IMG/VR virus record: IMGVR_UViG_3300022921_000005 | Source of the DNA: an uncultured virus (IMG/VR IMGVR_UViG_3300022921_000005) | Taxonomy: Duplodnaviria; Heunggongvirae; Uroviricota; Caudoviricetes | DNA: 64,000 nt | Direction: 5' to 3' (one strand) | In this document: in pieces, positions 28,967-38,118 of the stretch | Layout of the letters: each line of letters opens with the position of its first letter | Numbering within the stretch: position 1 is the first letter of the stretch | Translations under genes and position numbers: made by a program | The notes under the pieces: model-generated | The model's input: only the letters and a program-made list of their open reading frames with translations | The model's database searches: none | Told to the model about the DNA's origin: nothing

Positions 28967-29542
28967 TCAAGACTTCTTTTTTACTATGAATATCGGTGTA
29001 TTGCCTTTTCGTCTGAAAATCGAATGAATTCTAAAATACTGTGAAATCTTTGATTCCCACCATTCAACACTTTCAACAATTAAGTGTGCATTTCTTCCAT
29101 CCGCTAATATCTGTACAGCAGGTATTGTTGATGGAATAAGACAACCAAACTCTAGCATACAACGTTCGATGTCCTGAAGAACATTATCGATCAATTCTGG
29201 CTCAACATGTTCTAACACATCAACGCAAATCACTGCTTGTCTAGGATGATTGTTTTCGCGTTTGTCTTCTCGGCCTGGCTCGTATTCAAGCACTTCTATG
29301 TCATCACGACCATTTTCATCTAGCCACTGTTTAAAATGGCCAGAACCACTGCCGTAATCAAGAACACTATTGATTTTATATGTATGAATAAACTTCATGA
29401 CATACTGGATATCTTGAACTACCGCGCCACCCCATGCTCTAAACTTTCGCTTTGCTGTACCTGTTTCGTGTTTTTTTTCTAAAAGTTTTTTATATTCTGT
29501 TGTGAATAAGTGGTTTTCGTTCATTTGTTTATTTTTCTCCAA
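28967..29542 (-). CDS. class I SAM-dependent methyltransferase
   Basis: VLDYGSGSG; DVLEHV. Confidence 0.8.
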   Translation of the reverse strand: MEKNKQMNENHLFTTEYKKLLEKKHETGTAKRKFRAWGGAVVQDIQYVMKFIHTYKINSVLDYGSGSGHFKQWLDENGRDDIEVLEYEPGREDKRENNHPRQAVICVDVLEHVEPELIDNVLQDIERCMLEFGCLIPSTIPAVQILADGRNAHLIVESVEWWESKISQYFRIHSIFRRKGNTPIFIVKKKS

Positions 29543-30231
29543 GTATCTTGATCGACTTTAAGTTTAGATGTCTTGTGTACATTTCTTAAATTTCTCCATG
29601 TTCTGCCGATGTCAGTACACAGACATACAGAAGGTCTGTAACATAATTCTTCATGAAGAGGATCTCTAGGATAAAATATCGTCTTAACAATTTCAGGATA
29701 AATCTCATACTTGGCTTTCATCATTGCCATTTCTGGATCAATGTTTTCCCTCACAACTACATCATGAACGCCATCAAAAAATTTCTGACGAACAATATTT
29801 GGATTGCCAGTGATTTTATTTTTACCGTTAAAGAGTAGAATATCTTTTCCAGATAAGAGATAATTTTTAATCGCATCAATCGACTTTTCACGATCCATTA
29901 CCCAATCGTCTTCAAGCCAAAAGAAGTAATTATCTTCAGCCTTATTTATATTTTTTTTGCAATTTTCATATAGGGTTCTAGAGCTTTTTGCAAATGTAGG
30001 ATTAACTAAATTTTCCGTATAGTGAATATGCAAGTAACGAAATCGCTCATGAATGAATTTTTTGCCAATAAGAAATTGCTTCGCAGTAAAGATAGATGGC
30101 TTGTCGAGATTAACAAACCAATTTATACGATCAAATATTCTGCTCTCATGTAACGCTCTAAGCCACGGCAACAACGTTTCTACTTGCAACTCTGGTCTCG
30201 GAGTTGCCGTGGTCAGAATGTTAAGTATCAT
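29521..30231 (-). CDS. glycosyltransferase-like protein (GT-A fold)
   Basis: TTATPRPE; FFWLEDDW; DIGR.WR. Confidence 0.55.
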   Translation of the reverse strand: MILNILTTATPRPELQVETLLPWLRALHESRIFDRINWFVNLDKPSIFTAKQFLIGKKFIHERFRYLHIHYTENLVNPTFAKSSRTLYENCKKNINKAEDNYFFWLEDDWVMDREKSIDAIKNYLLSGKDILLFNGKNKITGNPNIVRQKFFDGVHDVVVRENIDPEMAMMKAKYEIYPEIVKTIFYPRDPLHEELCYRPSVCLCTDIGRTWRNLRNVHKTSKLKVDQDTWRKINK

Positions 30232-31295
30232 GCCTCAACAACATCTCCAATGAATTGCTCGACTTCATCGTCCTTGACAATGGCACCGTGAGCAACCTGA
30301 TACTTATCGCGTACCCAGTCTGTGAAGACTGCGTTCTGAAGAATAGGTAGCCAGAAGTCTGACGTATTCGTCTCTTTCATTCTGAATTTTTTCTCTTCAA
30401 CCTCTCCAGTGTCCATATTAACCCTAGAGTACCAGCCATTAGATGGCTTAACAACGAAACCTCCATCCATAGCAATATCGAGAAGGCCAGACCACCGAGA
30501 AATTCCTCCGTCGTGAGTAACTGTAACAGGTATTTTAGACTTCTCTCGAACATGACGCGATTTCTCCACGTTGATGATGAAGTGATAGCCTACTATCTCT
30601 GTGCCGACTTTCTCTTGTTGACGGCCGATAATATAGATGTTATCAGCAGAGTAATACGATCCAGTACCACCGCCAACAATATCTTTCGGAAACAGGCCAA
30701 TCTCTTTGTATGTATGATTGACAACCACCATAGGAATATCTTTGAGAGTGAGGTGTGGTGTGATCATACGGAACAGCGACTTGATCTGTTTAGCACGAGA
30801 CATATCAGCAACAGACTTTTCGTTCATTGCATCTTCGACTTCTTTCTTCGATGCTAAGTTGCCAATCGAATCAATGATGATGATTACTTTATCTTTGCGC
30901 TCGATCTGATCGAGTTGCTTCATCACATCAAATTTAAGTTGCTCAACATCTGTGATAGGAGTATGAAGAACACGCTCCATGGGAATACCAAAAGAAGTAA
31001 AATAACTTTGCGGGGTACCGAATTCCGAATCGTAGAAAAGTAGTGCCGAATCTTCATATTTGTCTAAGTATGCCTTTGCCATGAGTAGACTGAATGCAGT
31101 CTTAAAGTGTTTAGAAGGACCTGCCCACATCGTGAGGCCAGGAGTTAGTCCGCCATCAAGTCTGCCGCTCAATGCTAGATTGATGACAGGAATAGAGGTA
31201 GGGATCATGTCTTTTTTCATAAAGAACTTTGACTCAGAAAGAATCGCCGTATCTTTAATTGTAGAATTCTTTTGCAGTTTAGCTAATACGCTCAT
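30228..31295 (-). CDS. uvsX: RecA-like recombinase UvsX
   Basis: AGPSKHFKT, YDSEFG, IDSIGNLASKKE, VNHTY. Confidence 0.97.
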   Translation of the reverse strand: MSVLAKLQKNSTIKDTAILSESKFFMKKDMIPTSIPVINLALSGRLDGGLTPGLTMWAGPSKHFKTAFSLLMAKAYLDKYEDSALLFYDSEFGTPQSYFTSFGIPMERVLHTPITDVEQLKFDVMKQLDQIERKDKVIIIIDSIGNLASKKEVEDAMNEKSVADMSRAKQIKSLFRMITPHLTLKDIPMVVVNHTYKEIGLFPKDIVGGGTGSYYSADNIYIIGRQQEKVGTEIVGYHFIINVEKSRHVREKSKIPVTVTHDGGISRWSGLLDIAMDGGFVVKPSNGWYSRVNMDTGEVEEKKFRMKETNTSDFWLPILQNAVFTDWVRDKYQVAHGAIVKDDEVEQFIGDVVEA

Positions 31296-31330
31296 AATAT
31301 CTCCAAGTAGTTTGTTCCATTCTTGCTATA

Positions 31331-32074
31331 CTAACAGGTAAATCCATATCTGTCAAGTAGAATATGATCACCTCTCTTCACGCAGTCTTTTATTTCATCA
31401 TTATAAAAAGACGGAAAATCATGATCAAAGACTTTGTAGCCTTTGCCTGTGTCGCTGGGATTATCCCATTTTGTGTGTTGTCTTATGTGATCTATTTGAT
31501 TCATCCAGTTTTCTTTCAGACTAAATTTGTCTTGATATTTAATCACGAGATCACAGAAATCATTTGACATATCGTTCTGACCTATAAACTCAAAGGGACA
31601 GCCATCATTGAAATAGTGATCATCATACCATCGCTTCACATCTTCCATAGTTCGTTTTCTTGCCATAAAGAAAGTCGTATCAGTCCATGCTAGATATCTG
31701 AATGTCAGTAGTCCAATGCCTTCAGGTCTATTTCTAATCGTAGGCTCTTCTTTTGGTAGCCAATGTAAATTTTTCTTGAAAATATTTTGCATGAAATTTG
31801 AAAAAGTATCACAGTTCTGTTCCTGTGATAGAAACTGTTTTGTCAGAGGGCCTGTCTTCCCTGGTCTCGCTTCATAGTTGAATATAGAAACATAATATTG
31901 ATATGGATTTCTCAGTGAAGAAAAAATCAAATTGTCAGAGCGAATTGTGTCTCGTGTTAAAACAGCATGTCTACTAGTCGCTATACTATTACAGACTTTT
32001 TCCATCTGTGCATATACGAAACTCGTTGCTGTCTTGCCAACATCATTATAATATGCCTTGCCACTATTAATCAC
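31331..32074 (-). CDS. sulfotransferase-like protein
   Basis: KTATSF loop and LRNPY..YVS motif. Confidence 0.5.
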   Translation of the reverse strand: MINSGKAYYNDVGKTATSFVYAQMEKVCNSIATSRHAVLTRDTIRSDNLIFSSLRNPYQYYVSIFNYEARPGKTGPLTKQFLSQEQNCDTFSNFMQNIFKKNLHWLPKEEPTIRNRPEGIGLLTFRYLAWTDTTFFMARKRTMEDVKRWYDDHYFNDGCPFEFIGQNDMSNDFCDLVIKYQDKFSLKENWMNQIDHIRQHTKWDNPSDTGKGYKVFDHDFPSFYNDEIKDCVKRGDHILLDRYGFTC

Positions 32075-32925
32075 CGTCCTAATCCATGTCCGTGCCGCGA
32101 TGTAGTTTCTGGCATAATATCAACGTCTTTCAGTATCTCTGCCTCGGTCAGCGGTAAAATCTCTTTCCTCTGATTCAATCCAACATTACCAGCCAGAATC
32201 ATAACGATTGCCAAAGGATCAAAAACAGATACCAGTAATAAAATAATCCAACGAACAGCAGTATCAAAATAGGTAGAGGCGTTCTCGGCTCCATAGATTA
32301 ACTCTGCAATATATTTGAGTGGACCAATCTCCGCTTCAAGCGCGAGTTGGTCTTTCTGCAATGGCAGAAGTTCTTCTTGGAGTTCTTCAATGCTGTCATA
32401 CGCTTCGTTGATTGAGTTGTTGAGTTGCGACCTTTCTTCTGCTTGTCCTGCTCGAACCGCCAACGCACCATCTGGACCACGGATTCGATCATATTGTTGT
32501 AAAATCTCAACTGCCCCATCGAGTTGCGCCATGACCGTCTCGGCGTCCGATATAATAGTATTCTGTCGATCAATTTTTCGTTGCAAAGATTCGATTCGTA
32601 TTTCATTATTTCCACCTTGATTGATTGTTTGTTCAACGTGTGCCTTACTAAGATAGCCGAAAATACCCATAGATGTAATGAATACGAGTAGCACGACTGC
32701 CGACACCATGTATGTACGTATGAGTAATGGTGCGATTGACCAACACCTGTAAATCCAAGAAGCCGCGACAATCTTAGATAGCTCTAACGTGCTAGCCATG
32801 ACAACGACTGGCCAAAATGCGCCAGCAAAGATAGTAGCAAGTCCTATCACTGAAAAGAATCCGCCTACTGCGGTCAACATTAATCCCATAACCAAAACAA
32901 AAATGCTTATGGTTTTATTTTCCAT
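32071..32925 (-). CDS. membrane protein with coiled coil (conserved in T4-like phages)
   Basis: TM helices, TSMGIFGYLSKAH, E.GPLKYIA, FDPLAI. Confidence 0.7.
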   Translation of the reverse strand: MENKTISIFVLVMGLMLTAVGGFFSVIGLATIFAGAFWPVVVMASTLELSKIVAASWIYRCWSIAPLLIRTYMVSAVVLLVFITSMGIFGYLSKAHVEQTINQGGNNEIRIESLQRKIDRQNTIISDAETVMAQLDGAVEILQQYDRIRGPDGALAVRAGQAEERSQLNNSINEAYDSIEELQEELLPLQKDQLALEAEIGPLKYIAELIYGAENASTYFDTAVRWIILLLVSVFDPLAIVMILAGNVGLNQRKEILPLTEAEILKDVDIMPETTSRHGHGLGR

Positions 32926-33219
32926 TTAGTCCTCGAGTATCTGTAATAGTTTTAATTTGAAAGCATTTATCTTATCGACACGGTCAGGCCATAAAATATA
33001 TTCTTTCTCAGGACTCAGTGATAGATTGTTTAGCAGTGGTTGCACTAACTTATGAATCATCTGTGCTTTATACTGCCACTGCTCTGCTTGTTGTTGCCAT
33101 CCTTCGGCGGTGCTTTCGACTTCTGTTACAGTTCTTTGTATCTCCTGTACTTCCGCAAGTTCATCTGCGTCTACAAGTGTAAAGCCAAAGTCAAAAGTTT
33201 CGTCTAATTGAATAGCCAT
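32926..33219 (-). CDS. conserved hypothetical protein
   Basis: FDFGFT...PLLNNL..PEKEYI.WP.R motif. Confidence 0.6.
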   Translation of the reverse strand: MAIQLDETFDFGFTLVDADELAEVQEIQRTVTEVESTAEGWQQQAEQWQYKAQMIHKLVQPLLNNLSLSPEKEYILWPDRVDKINAFKLKLLQILED

Positions 33220-33233
33220 GTGATTTTCCTTTT

Positions 33234-35741
33234 CTATGAGAAGAAGTCTTCGAGAGTAGCGATTGACTCAGACTTCCAACCAATTGTATTCAGTATGATC
33301 TCAATCGGGTCAAGATAGCCCTTCTGGAATTGAGTGTCATAGTCTATATATTTATCTAGATTCAGATCACTTGGCAGATCACTCGGACAGGCAATCACTT
33401 TGTCTTGAACAGGATTCGGCATGAGTAGATAGCAGAACTTAATCTTCTCGCCGTCTTTTATTTCTTCATAGATTTTATCAAGACCGAGTTTCTTGATGTA
33501 GTGATTATAGATGAGTGAACCTTTGACTTGAATCGGTGTGGCTTTCTTATAAATTGTTTGAGCATCAGCATATGACTCAGTGACCGCACGACCGTTTATA
33601 TTTTTCTTTGCCATTAGATTCACGCCACGAGGAAAGGCAATGCGCTCGAACGGCAGAGTCCTAAACTCAGTTCGAATCTTGTCAATATATTCCTGCACTT
33701 CGTTTTCGTTTGTTGACATGATCATCTTGAGTGTTTCTTTAATGTAATCACGACATGCGGCAGGAGTACTCGAACGAATTGCTTCGATACCCATCATCTT
33801 GAGTTTCGGTTCATTGTATCGAACACCTTCACTATCCCAGACATTCATGATGTATCGTTTCTTGGCAGTCCAGATAGCTTTATCACCGATGTTCTCGCGC
33901 TTCATGATCATCTTCTGTTCATACGCATTCATATAATCAGCGAGTTCGCGGTACGATTTGTCGATGAATGGCTCAATCTTTTCTTGCGCAACTTTATCAA
34001 GAAAGTCAATCGGATTATCAGGCTTGATGCGCTCGACCATAGGACCGAAGTTGATATAAACAGAGTCGGTATCAACTGCAACAACATAGTCCGAATCAGT
34101 ACCGAGTAGTTTGTTCATGTATCGATTGATTGCTTTCTCGATCCAGCGAATAGACAACTGACCAGACAGTGTGATTGCTTCAGCATTCTTCTGCTCGAAC
34201 CATCGGAAGTATTTGTTAGCAACAGCGCCGTAGGCAGAGTTCAGTAGAATCTTGAGCGCATACTGCATGTTGTGTGCGCGAGTAATTTCGAGATCAAGTT
34301 CAGGTGTTGGATTAGTCTGATACTTTTGCTGTGCGGCAATCATCTTCTTTTTATACTCGACTCGACCATCATACATCTTACGCATCAGTTCAGGTAAGAA
34401 GCCACGGAAGTCTTTTCGATACAACTGCGAGTTGGCAGTCATCGTGATATCTTTCTCTTGTAGCCATTCAGTATCGACTGACTGATTCAGAAGATCATCT
34501 ACCGTCAGAGCATTGGATTCGCCGATGTGAGTATCTGGTGATATATTGTACTGCATGATTAAGTGTGGGTACAGAGAGTTCAAATCGAATGACATTACCC
34601 AGTCATGCATACCGACTTGTGGATCTTTTACAAAGCCACCAGCAATCTGAGGAGCATCACGGCGCGCATTATTCTTCGCTGGTATCACGATGTTCTGATC
34701 CATGAGATAGTTGTGTATAATTGTATCCCAGATCGTCAGAGTCGATAAGCCATCATTGTGGTTGCAACCAGAATCATATGTCAGAGCAAATACCACATTG
34801 ATATAGCCAAGGCGCTCTTCGAGTCGTTGGACCAGTATTGTATCTTTGATGTTATACTCGATAAACTTTTGGTGATTCTCGCGGTGCAGTGTATACAAGT
34901 TACCATACTCGGAGTAATCGATCTTGTTCTCACCGAGTTCTAACTCAGCAATATAATCAAGACGATATGATTCGCGAGGAGCTAGGCAGAACTTCTTATA
35001 GACTGCGAGGTAATCTAAGTGTGATATGCCATACAGTTCATAACCACGCTGTTCTTTTGTGCCTTGCGTAACACTGTAGGCTCGTACTTTATTCCATGGC
35101 GACATACGGTTCGCATGTTCTTCGCCGAGTAGTTTATTGATTCGATTATAGAGATAAGGGACATCGAAGAACTCAGTGTTCCAGCCAGAGAGAACGTCTA
35201 CGTCTAGGTTCTCCCATACTTTGAGAAACTTGCGAAGCAACATCAACTCATCATCACACTTGAGATAGTAAGTGTCCTTATCGTCATGTTCGTAGTCACC
35301 GAGACCGAGAACAACTTTCATTTTGTTTCGAACCAGTGCGATTGCAGTCACGCGCTTCTCGGCAACATCTGGCTCAGGAAAGCCATCGTCTGACTCGACC
35401 TCGATATCCATATAGACAGTGTTTATCTTAGAGGTATCATAGTTGCAGTTGCGATACTTCTCATAGATATAAGTGTAAGCCCAGCGATCATAGCCATAGA
35501 CATTCATGCCGCCGACATCGGTATATTGTTTGATGAAGTCGCGGGCTTCTCGTATGTTGTCGAAGTCTACACGGCGAACAGGCTGTCCATGGATGTCTCT
35601 ATAGCCAGTGTCTTGTTTAGCAGATACGAAAAGATATGGCTCATAAGTGTACTGTTTTTGTACTCGCTCGCCATTCTCATCGAAACCGCGAACATAAATA
35701 TGATTACCAAGATTAAATACGTTAGTGTAAAATGATGTCAT
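33234..35741 (-). CDS. 43: family B DNA polymerase (T4 gp43-like)
   Basis: DIE exonuclease motif, FDLNSLYP, KILLNSAYG, DTDS, KKRY. Confidence 0.98.
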   Translation of the reverse strand: MTSFYTNVFNLGNHIYVRGFDENGERVQKQYTYEPYLFVSAKQDTGYRDIHGQPVRRVDFDNIREARDFIKQYTDVGGMNVYGYDRWAYTYIYEKYRNCNYDTSKINTVYMDIEVESDDGFPEPDVAEKRVTAIALVRNKMKVVLGLGDYEHDDKDTYYLKCDDELMLLRKFLKVWENLDVDVLSGWNTEFFDVPYLYNRINKLLGEEHANRMSPWNKVRAYSVTQGTKEQRGYELYGISHLDYLAVYKKFCLAPRESYRLDYIAELELGENKIDYSEYGNLYTLHRENHQKFIEYNIKDTILVQRLEERLGYINVVFALTYDSGCNHNDGLSTLTIWDTIIHNYLMDQNIVIPAKNNARRDAPQIAGGFVKDPQVGMHDWVMSFDLNSLYPHLIMQYNISPDTHIGESNALTVDDLLNQSVDTEWLQEKDITMTANSQLYRKDFRGFLPELMRKMYDGRVEYKKKMIAAQQKYQTNPTPELDLEITRAHNMQYALKILLNSAYGAVANKYFRWFEQKNAEAITLSGQLSIRWIEKAINRYMNKLLGTDSDYVVAVDTDSVYINFGPMVERIKPDNPIDFLDKVAQEKIEPFIDKSYRELADYMNAYEQKMIMKRENIGDKAIWTAKKRYIMNVWDSEGVRYNEPKLKMMGIEAIRSSTPAACRDYIKETLKMIMSTNENEVQEYIDKIRTEFRTLPFERIAFPRGVNLMAKKNINGRAVTESYADAQTIYKKATPIQVKGSLIYNHYIKKLGLDKIYEEIKDGEKIKFCYLLMPNPVQDKVIACPSDLPSDLNLDKYIDYDTQFQKGYLDPIEIILNTIGWKSESIATLEDFFS

Positions 35742-35766
35742 TCAAACCTCTGTCAGTTATCTCAAC

Positions 35767-35795
35767 ATTATATAAGTTATGGAGAAGAAAGTCAA
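35767..35795 (-). promoter_or_regulatory. sigma70 promoter for gp43
   Basis: TTGACT-17-TATAAT. Confidence 0.8.
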
Positions 35796-35797
35796 CC

Positions 35798-36259
35798 ATG
35801 AAAGAAGAAAGTGATCTAGTCAATAGAGTAAAGCCTGCTCTAATTTTTGATGAAGGAAAAGTCAATGAAATCTATCTTGACCACCTCGGCCATCCCACCT
35901 TTGGAATCGGTCATCTCGTTACGGTATCGGACCCAGAATTCGGGTTATCAGTTGGCACAAAAATTTCCGAAGAAAGAATCGATGAAGCATTCGAGTCTGA
36001 CATCAGACAATCTATCCGAGATTGTCACGCTGTATTCGGCCCAAGGTTTGATCGTTTCCCATCCGAAGTCCAGGAGATACTGGTCAACATGATGTTCAAT
36101 CTAGGCAGAACGAGACTGGCGAAGTTTGTTAGAATGAGAACGGCACTTGTCAGTAATGACTGGAAGAAAGCGGCCGCTGAAGGACGTGATTCTCTGTGGT
36201 ACAAACAAGTCACCAATCGTGCTGAAAGACTTATGACTCGCCTCGAGAACGTTTCTTAA
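35798..36259 (+). CDS. endolysin, T4 lysozyme family (GH24)
   Basis: E-x8-D-x5-T triad (EGKVNEIYLDHLGHPTFGIGH), NMMFNLG, S.WY.Q..NRA; start reassigned to ATG 35798. Confidence 0.9.
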   Translation: MKEESDLVNRVKPALIFDEGKVNEIYLDHLGHPTFGIGHLVTVSDPEFGLSVGTKISEERIDEAFESDIRQSIRDCHAVFGPRFDRFPSEVQEILVNMMFNLGRTRLAKFVRMRTALVSNDWKKAAAEGRDSLWYKQVTNRAERLMTRLENVS

Positions 36260-36428
36260 AAACTTTACTGACTGCGCCAGATACAGTCTTAGACATAGCA
36301 TCAATGTATGCTCTATAAAGAGTCTCGGCGAATTCTTTCTGTTTACTACTTGGAATAAACAAGTCTTGAACTTCGTCTGGAGAGGCTTCTATTTCAATTT
36401 TAATCTTCATGCTGTCACCATTACACAA
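36231..36428 (-). CDS. hypothetical protein
   Basis: MKIKIEIEASP.E pattern; converges on endolysin. Confidence 0.45.
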   Translation of the reverse strand: MCNGDSMKIKIEIEASPDEVQDLFIPSSKQKEFAETLYRAYIDAMSKTVSGAVSKVFKKRSRGES

Positions 36429-36501
36429 CTCAGAATGTAAATATCTTCAATAAAAACTGGTACACAAGCCCAGTCATCGTTTTTTGATACACAACCAGAC
36501 A

Positions 36502-36527
36502 ACAGAAAGGGGGCGCAAAGCACCCCC
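36502..36527 (-). terminator. intrinsic terminator after hsp20 unit
   Basis: GGGGGTGC-TTT-GCGCCCCC hairpin followed by T-rich tract. Confidence 0.65.
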
Positions 36528-36533
36528 AAGATT

Positions 36534-36734
36534 TTATGCTTTAGTCTTTTTCTTAACATTTTTTTCAGCAACATAATGCCAGTTTCCTGTAAGAGGATTC
36601 TGCTTATGCTTCTCTGACAGTTTCCAGTCAATCACAACTTTAACTTGCCGTGCCTTGACTACAACTTCTTCGATTTCGTTTGCTGAGGCAAATGTTGAGA
36701 AAAGACATAGGCACAGAATTGCCCAGTTTTTCAT
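36534..36734 (-). CDS. small secreted protein with TonB-box-like EEVVVKA motif
   Basis: Signal peptide ending ASA, then IEEVVVKAR. Confidence 0.5.
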   Translation of the reverse strand: MKNWAILCLCLFSTFASANEIEEVVVKARQVKVVIDWKLSEKHKQNPLTGNWHYVAEKNVKKKTKA

Positions 36735-36735
36735 C

Positions 36736-37191
36736 TTAGTCCTCTGTTAGTAGTTGTTTATCCGTATTTCCAATTGGGATAGTACGAGGACGCTTCTCTT
36801 CTGGGATCTCTACTTTCAGGTCAATGACCAGTAATCCATCTTTGAAGTCTGCTCCTTCTACAACAACATGTTCAGAGAGTCTAAAGGTACGTGTAAATTT
36901 CTTTGCAGAAATACCACGGTGTAGATACTCACGCTCAACTTCATCATTCAAAGTAGGTCGACCATCACCTGTTACAACCAGAATGCCTTCTTTGACTTCA
37001 ACAGTCAGTGCATCTTTTGAGTAACCAGCAAGCGCCAGTTCTACAGAGAATTGAGTTTCAGTGTGCTTGACTACGTTGTGTGGAGGATAGAGTTTATTGT
37101 CTGCCATATCTGACAGTCTCTCAATCTCTGACCATACGTGATCAAAACCAATGAAATGTGAACGTGGAAAAGAAAATGCTTTAGAAACCAT
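36736..37191 (-). CDS. hsp20: small heat shock protein (IbpA/Hsp20 family)
   Basis: IGFD, YPPHN, ELALAG, YLHRGIS.KKF.R.F.L, IPEEKRPR.I; start reassigned to ATG 37191 after AAGGAG. Confidence 0.95.
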   Translation of the reverse strand: MVSKAFSFPRSHFIGFDHVWSEIERLSDMADNKLYPPHNVVKHTETQFSVELALAGYSKDALTVEVKEGILVVTGDGRPTLNDEVEREYLHRGISAKKFTRTFRLSEHVVVEGADFKDGLLVIDLKVEIPEEKRPRTIPIGNTDKQLLTED

Positions 37192-37195
37192 AACA

Positions 37196-37287
37196 GTTCT
37201 CCTTATATTAAGCAAGATTGTTGTTATACTCTACCCGACCATTCGGCGTAGAGAAGTGCCGACCCTTTCCCAAGGAATCAGCAAATC
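37196..37287 (-). ncRNA. ROSE-like RNA thermometer in hsp20 5' UTR
   Basis: Two upstream hairpins plus CUUGCUUAAUAUAAGGAG, with UUGCU pairing the SD. Confidence 0.65.
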
Positions 37288-37295
37288 TATTTATA
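37288..37295 (-). promoter_or_regulatory. late promoter TATAAATA
   Basis: Exact consensus upstream of hsp20 leader. Confidence 0.75.
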
Positions 37296-37412
37296 CAATT
37301 TTCACAATTTTTTAATGTGAATTTTGTATACATACTAATGCAGTGTAACAAAACTGCAACAATTCCGTTGTGAAACGATTAATCGCCGTGACGGCGAGAG
37401 GAGATAAAACTC

Positions 37413-37685
37413 ATGAGAACTATTTTATTAGCTCTATTGCTCATCCCATCACTCGCATACAGCGAAGTGCCAACTAAAACTTTGCTACCAGTTGTTCGAT
37501 TTACACCAGAACATATTGTCCTCAAAGACAAAACAGGTAACGAGTATGAAGTCGTAACAAACTGCCTTGTCAAAGTATCAGACATTACTCAATTCAAAGT
37601 AAAAAGCAGATACATCAAAGAAGGAACTAAGATTCGCTTCTCTAAAAAACAAGTTTGTTCCGTCGAAGAGATCGTTAAGACTTAG
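37413..37685 (+). CDS. small secreted protein
   Basis: Signal peptide MRTILLALLLIPSLAYS; GAGGAG RBS. Confidence 0.65.
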   Translation: MRTILLALLLIPSLAYSEVPTKTLLPVVRFTPEHIVLKDKTGNEYEVVTNCLVKVSDITQFKVKSRYIKEGTKIRFSKKQVCSVEEIVKT

Positions 37686-38118
37686 AACTCTCAACAACTC
37701 TTGCACGTAGGCTTGTACTACTGAAACTGTGGTCCCGTTTATTGAAGTACAAGTCTATGTTTCTTTTCTCACATATCTGCTTGCCAGTGAAATCAGTATC
37801 TCGATATTCTTCACCTAGTATACGCACCGCGATAGGTAATGTCAATAGCAAGTCTTCAAGGTCTTGCTCTGTATTGTAAACTATTACCTCATCAACATAC
37901 TTCACTGCGCTTAACTGAATCTGTCTCTCAATGAGAGTCTGGACTGGCTTGTTCTTTGTGTCTGGTCTATCAATCGTTGGATCACTCTGCAAACCTACAA
38001 TCAAATAATCACACTGTCGCTTTGCTTCTTCGAGCATCGTGATATGTCCAGCGTGAAGCAGATCAAATGTACTGCATGTAAATCCGATTCGATTCCAGCC
38101 TTTATAGTCGAGGTTCAT
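37675..38118 (-). CDS. glycerol-3-phosphate cytidylyltransferase-like (TagD family)
   Basis: STFDLLHAGH, LIVGLQ.DP, R.HSFSST.LR. Confidence 0.85.
   Translation of the reverse strand: MNLDYKGWNRIGFTCSTFDLLHAGHITMLEEAKRQCDYLIVGLQSDPTIDRPDTKNKPVQTLIERQIQLSAVKYVDEVIVYNTEQDLEDLLLTLPIAVRILGEEYRDTDFTGKQICEKRNIDLYFNKRDHSFSSTSLRARVVESSKS

Noticed and set aside
3681..35741. Introns or inteins in nrdA, gp41, uvsX or gp43
   Set aside because: All are continuous ORFs of normal length with no splicing motifs seen
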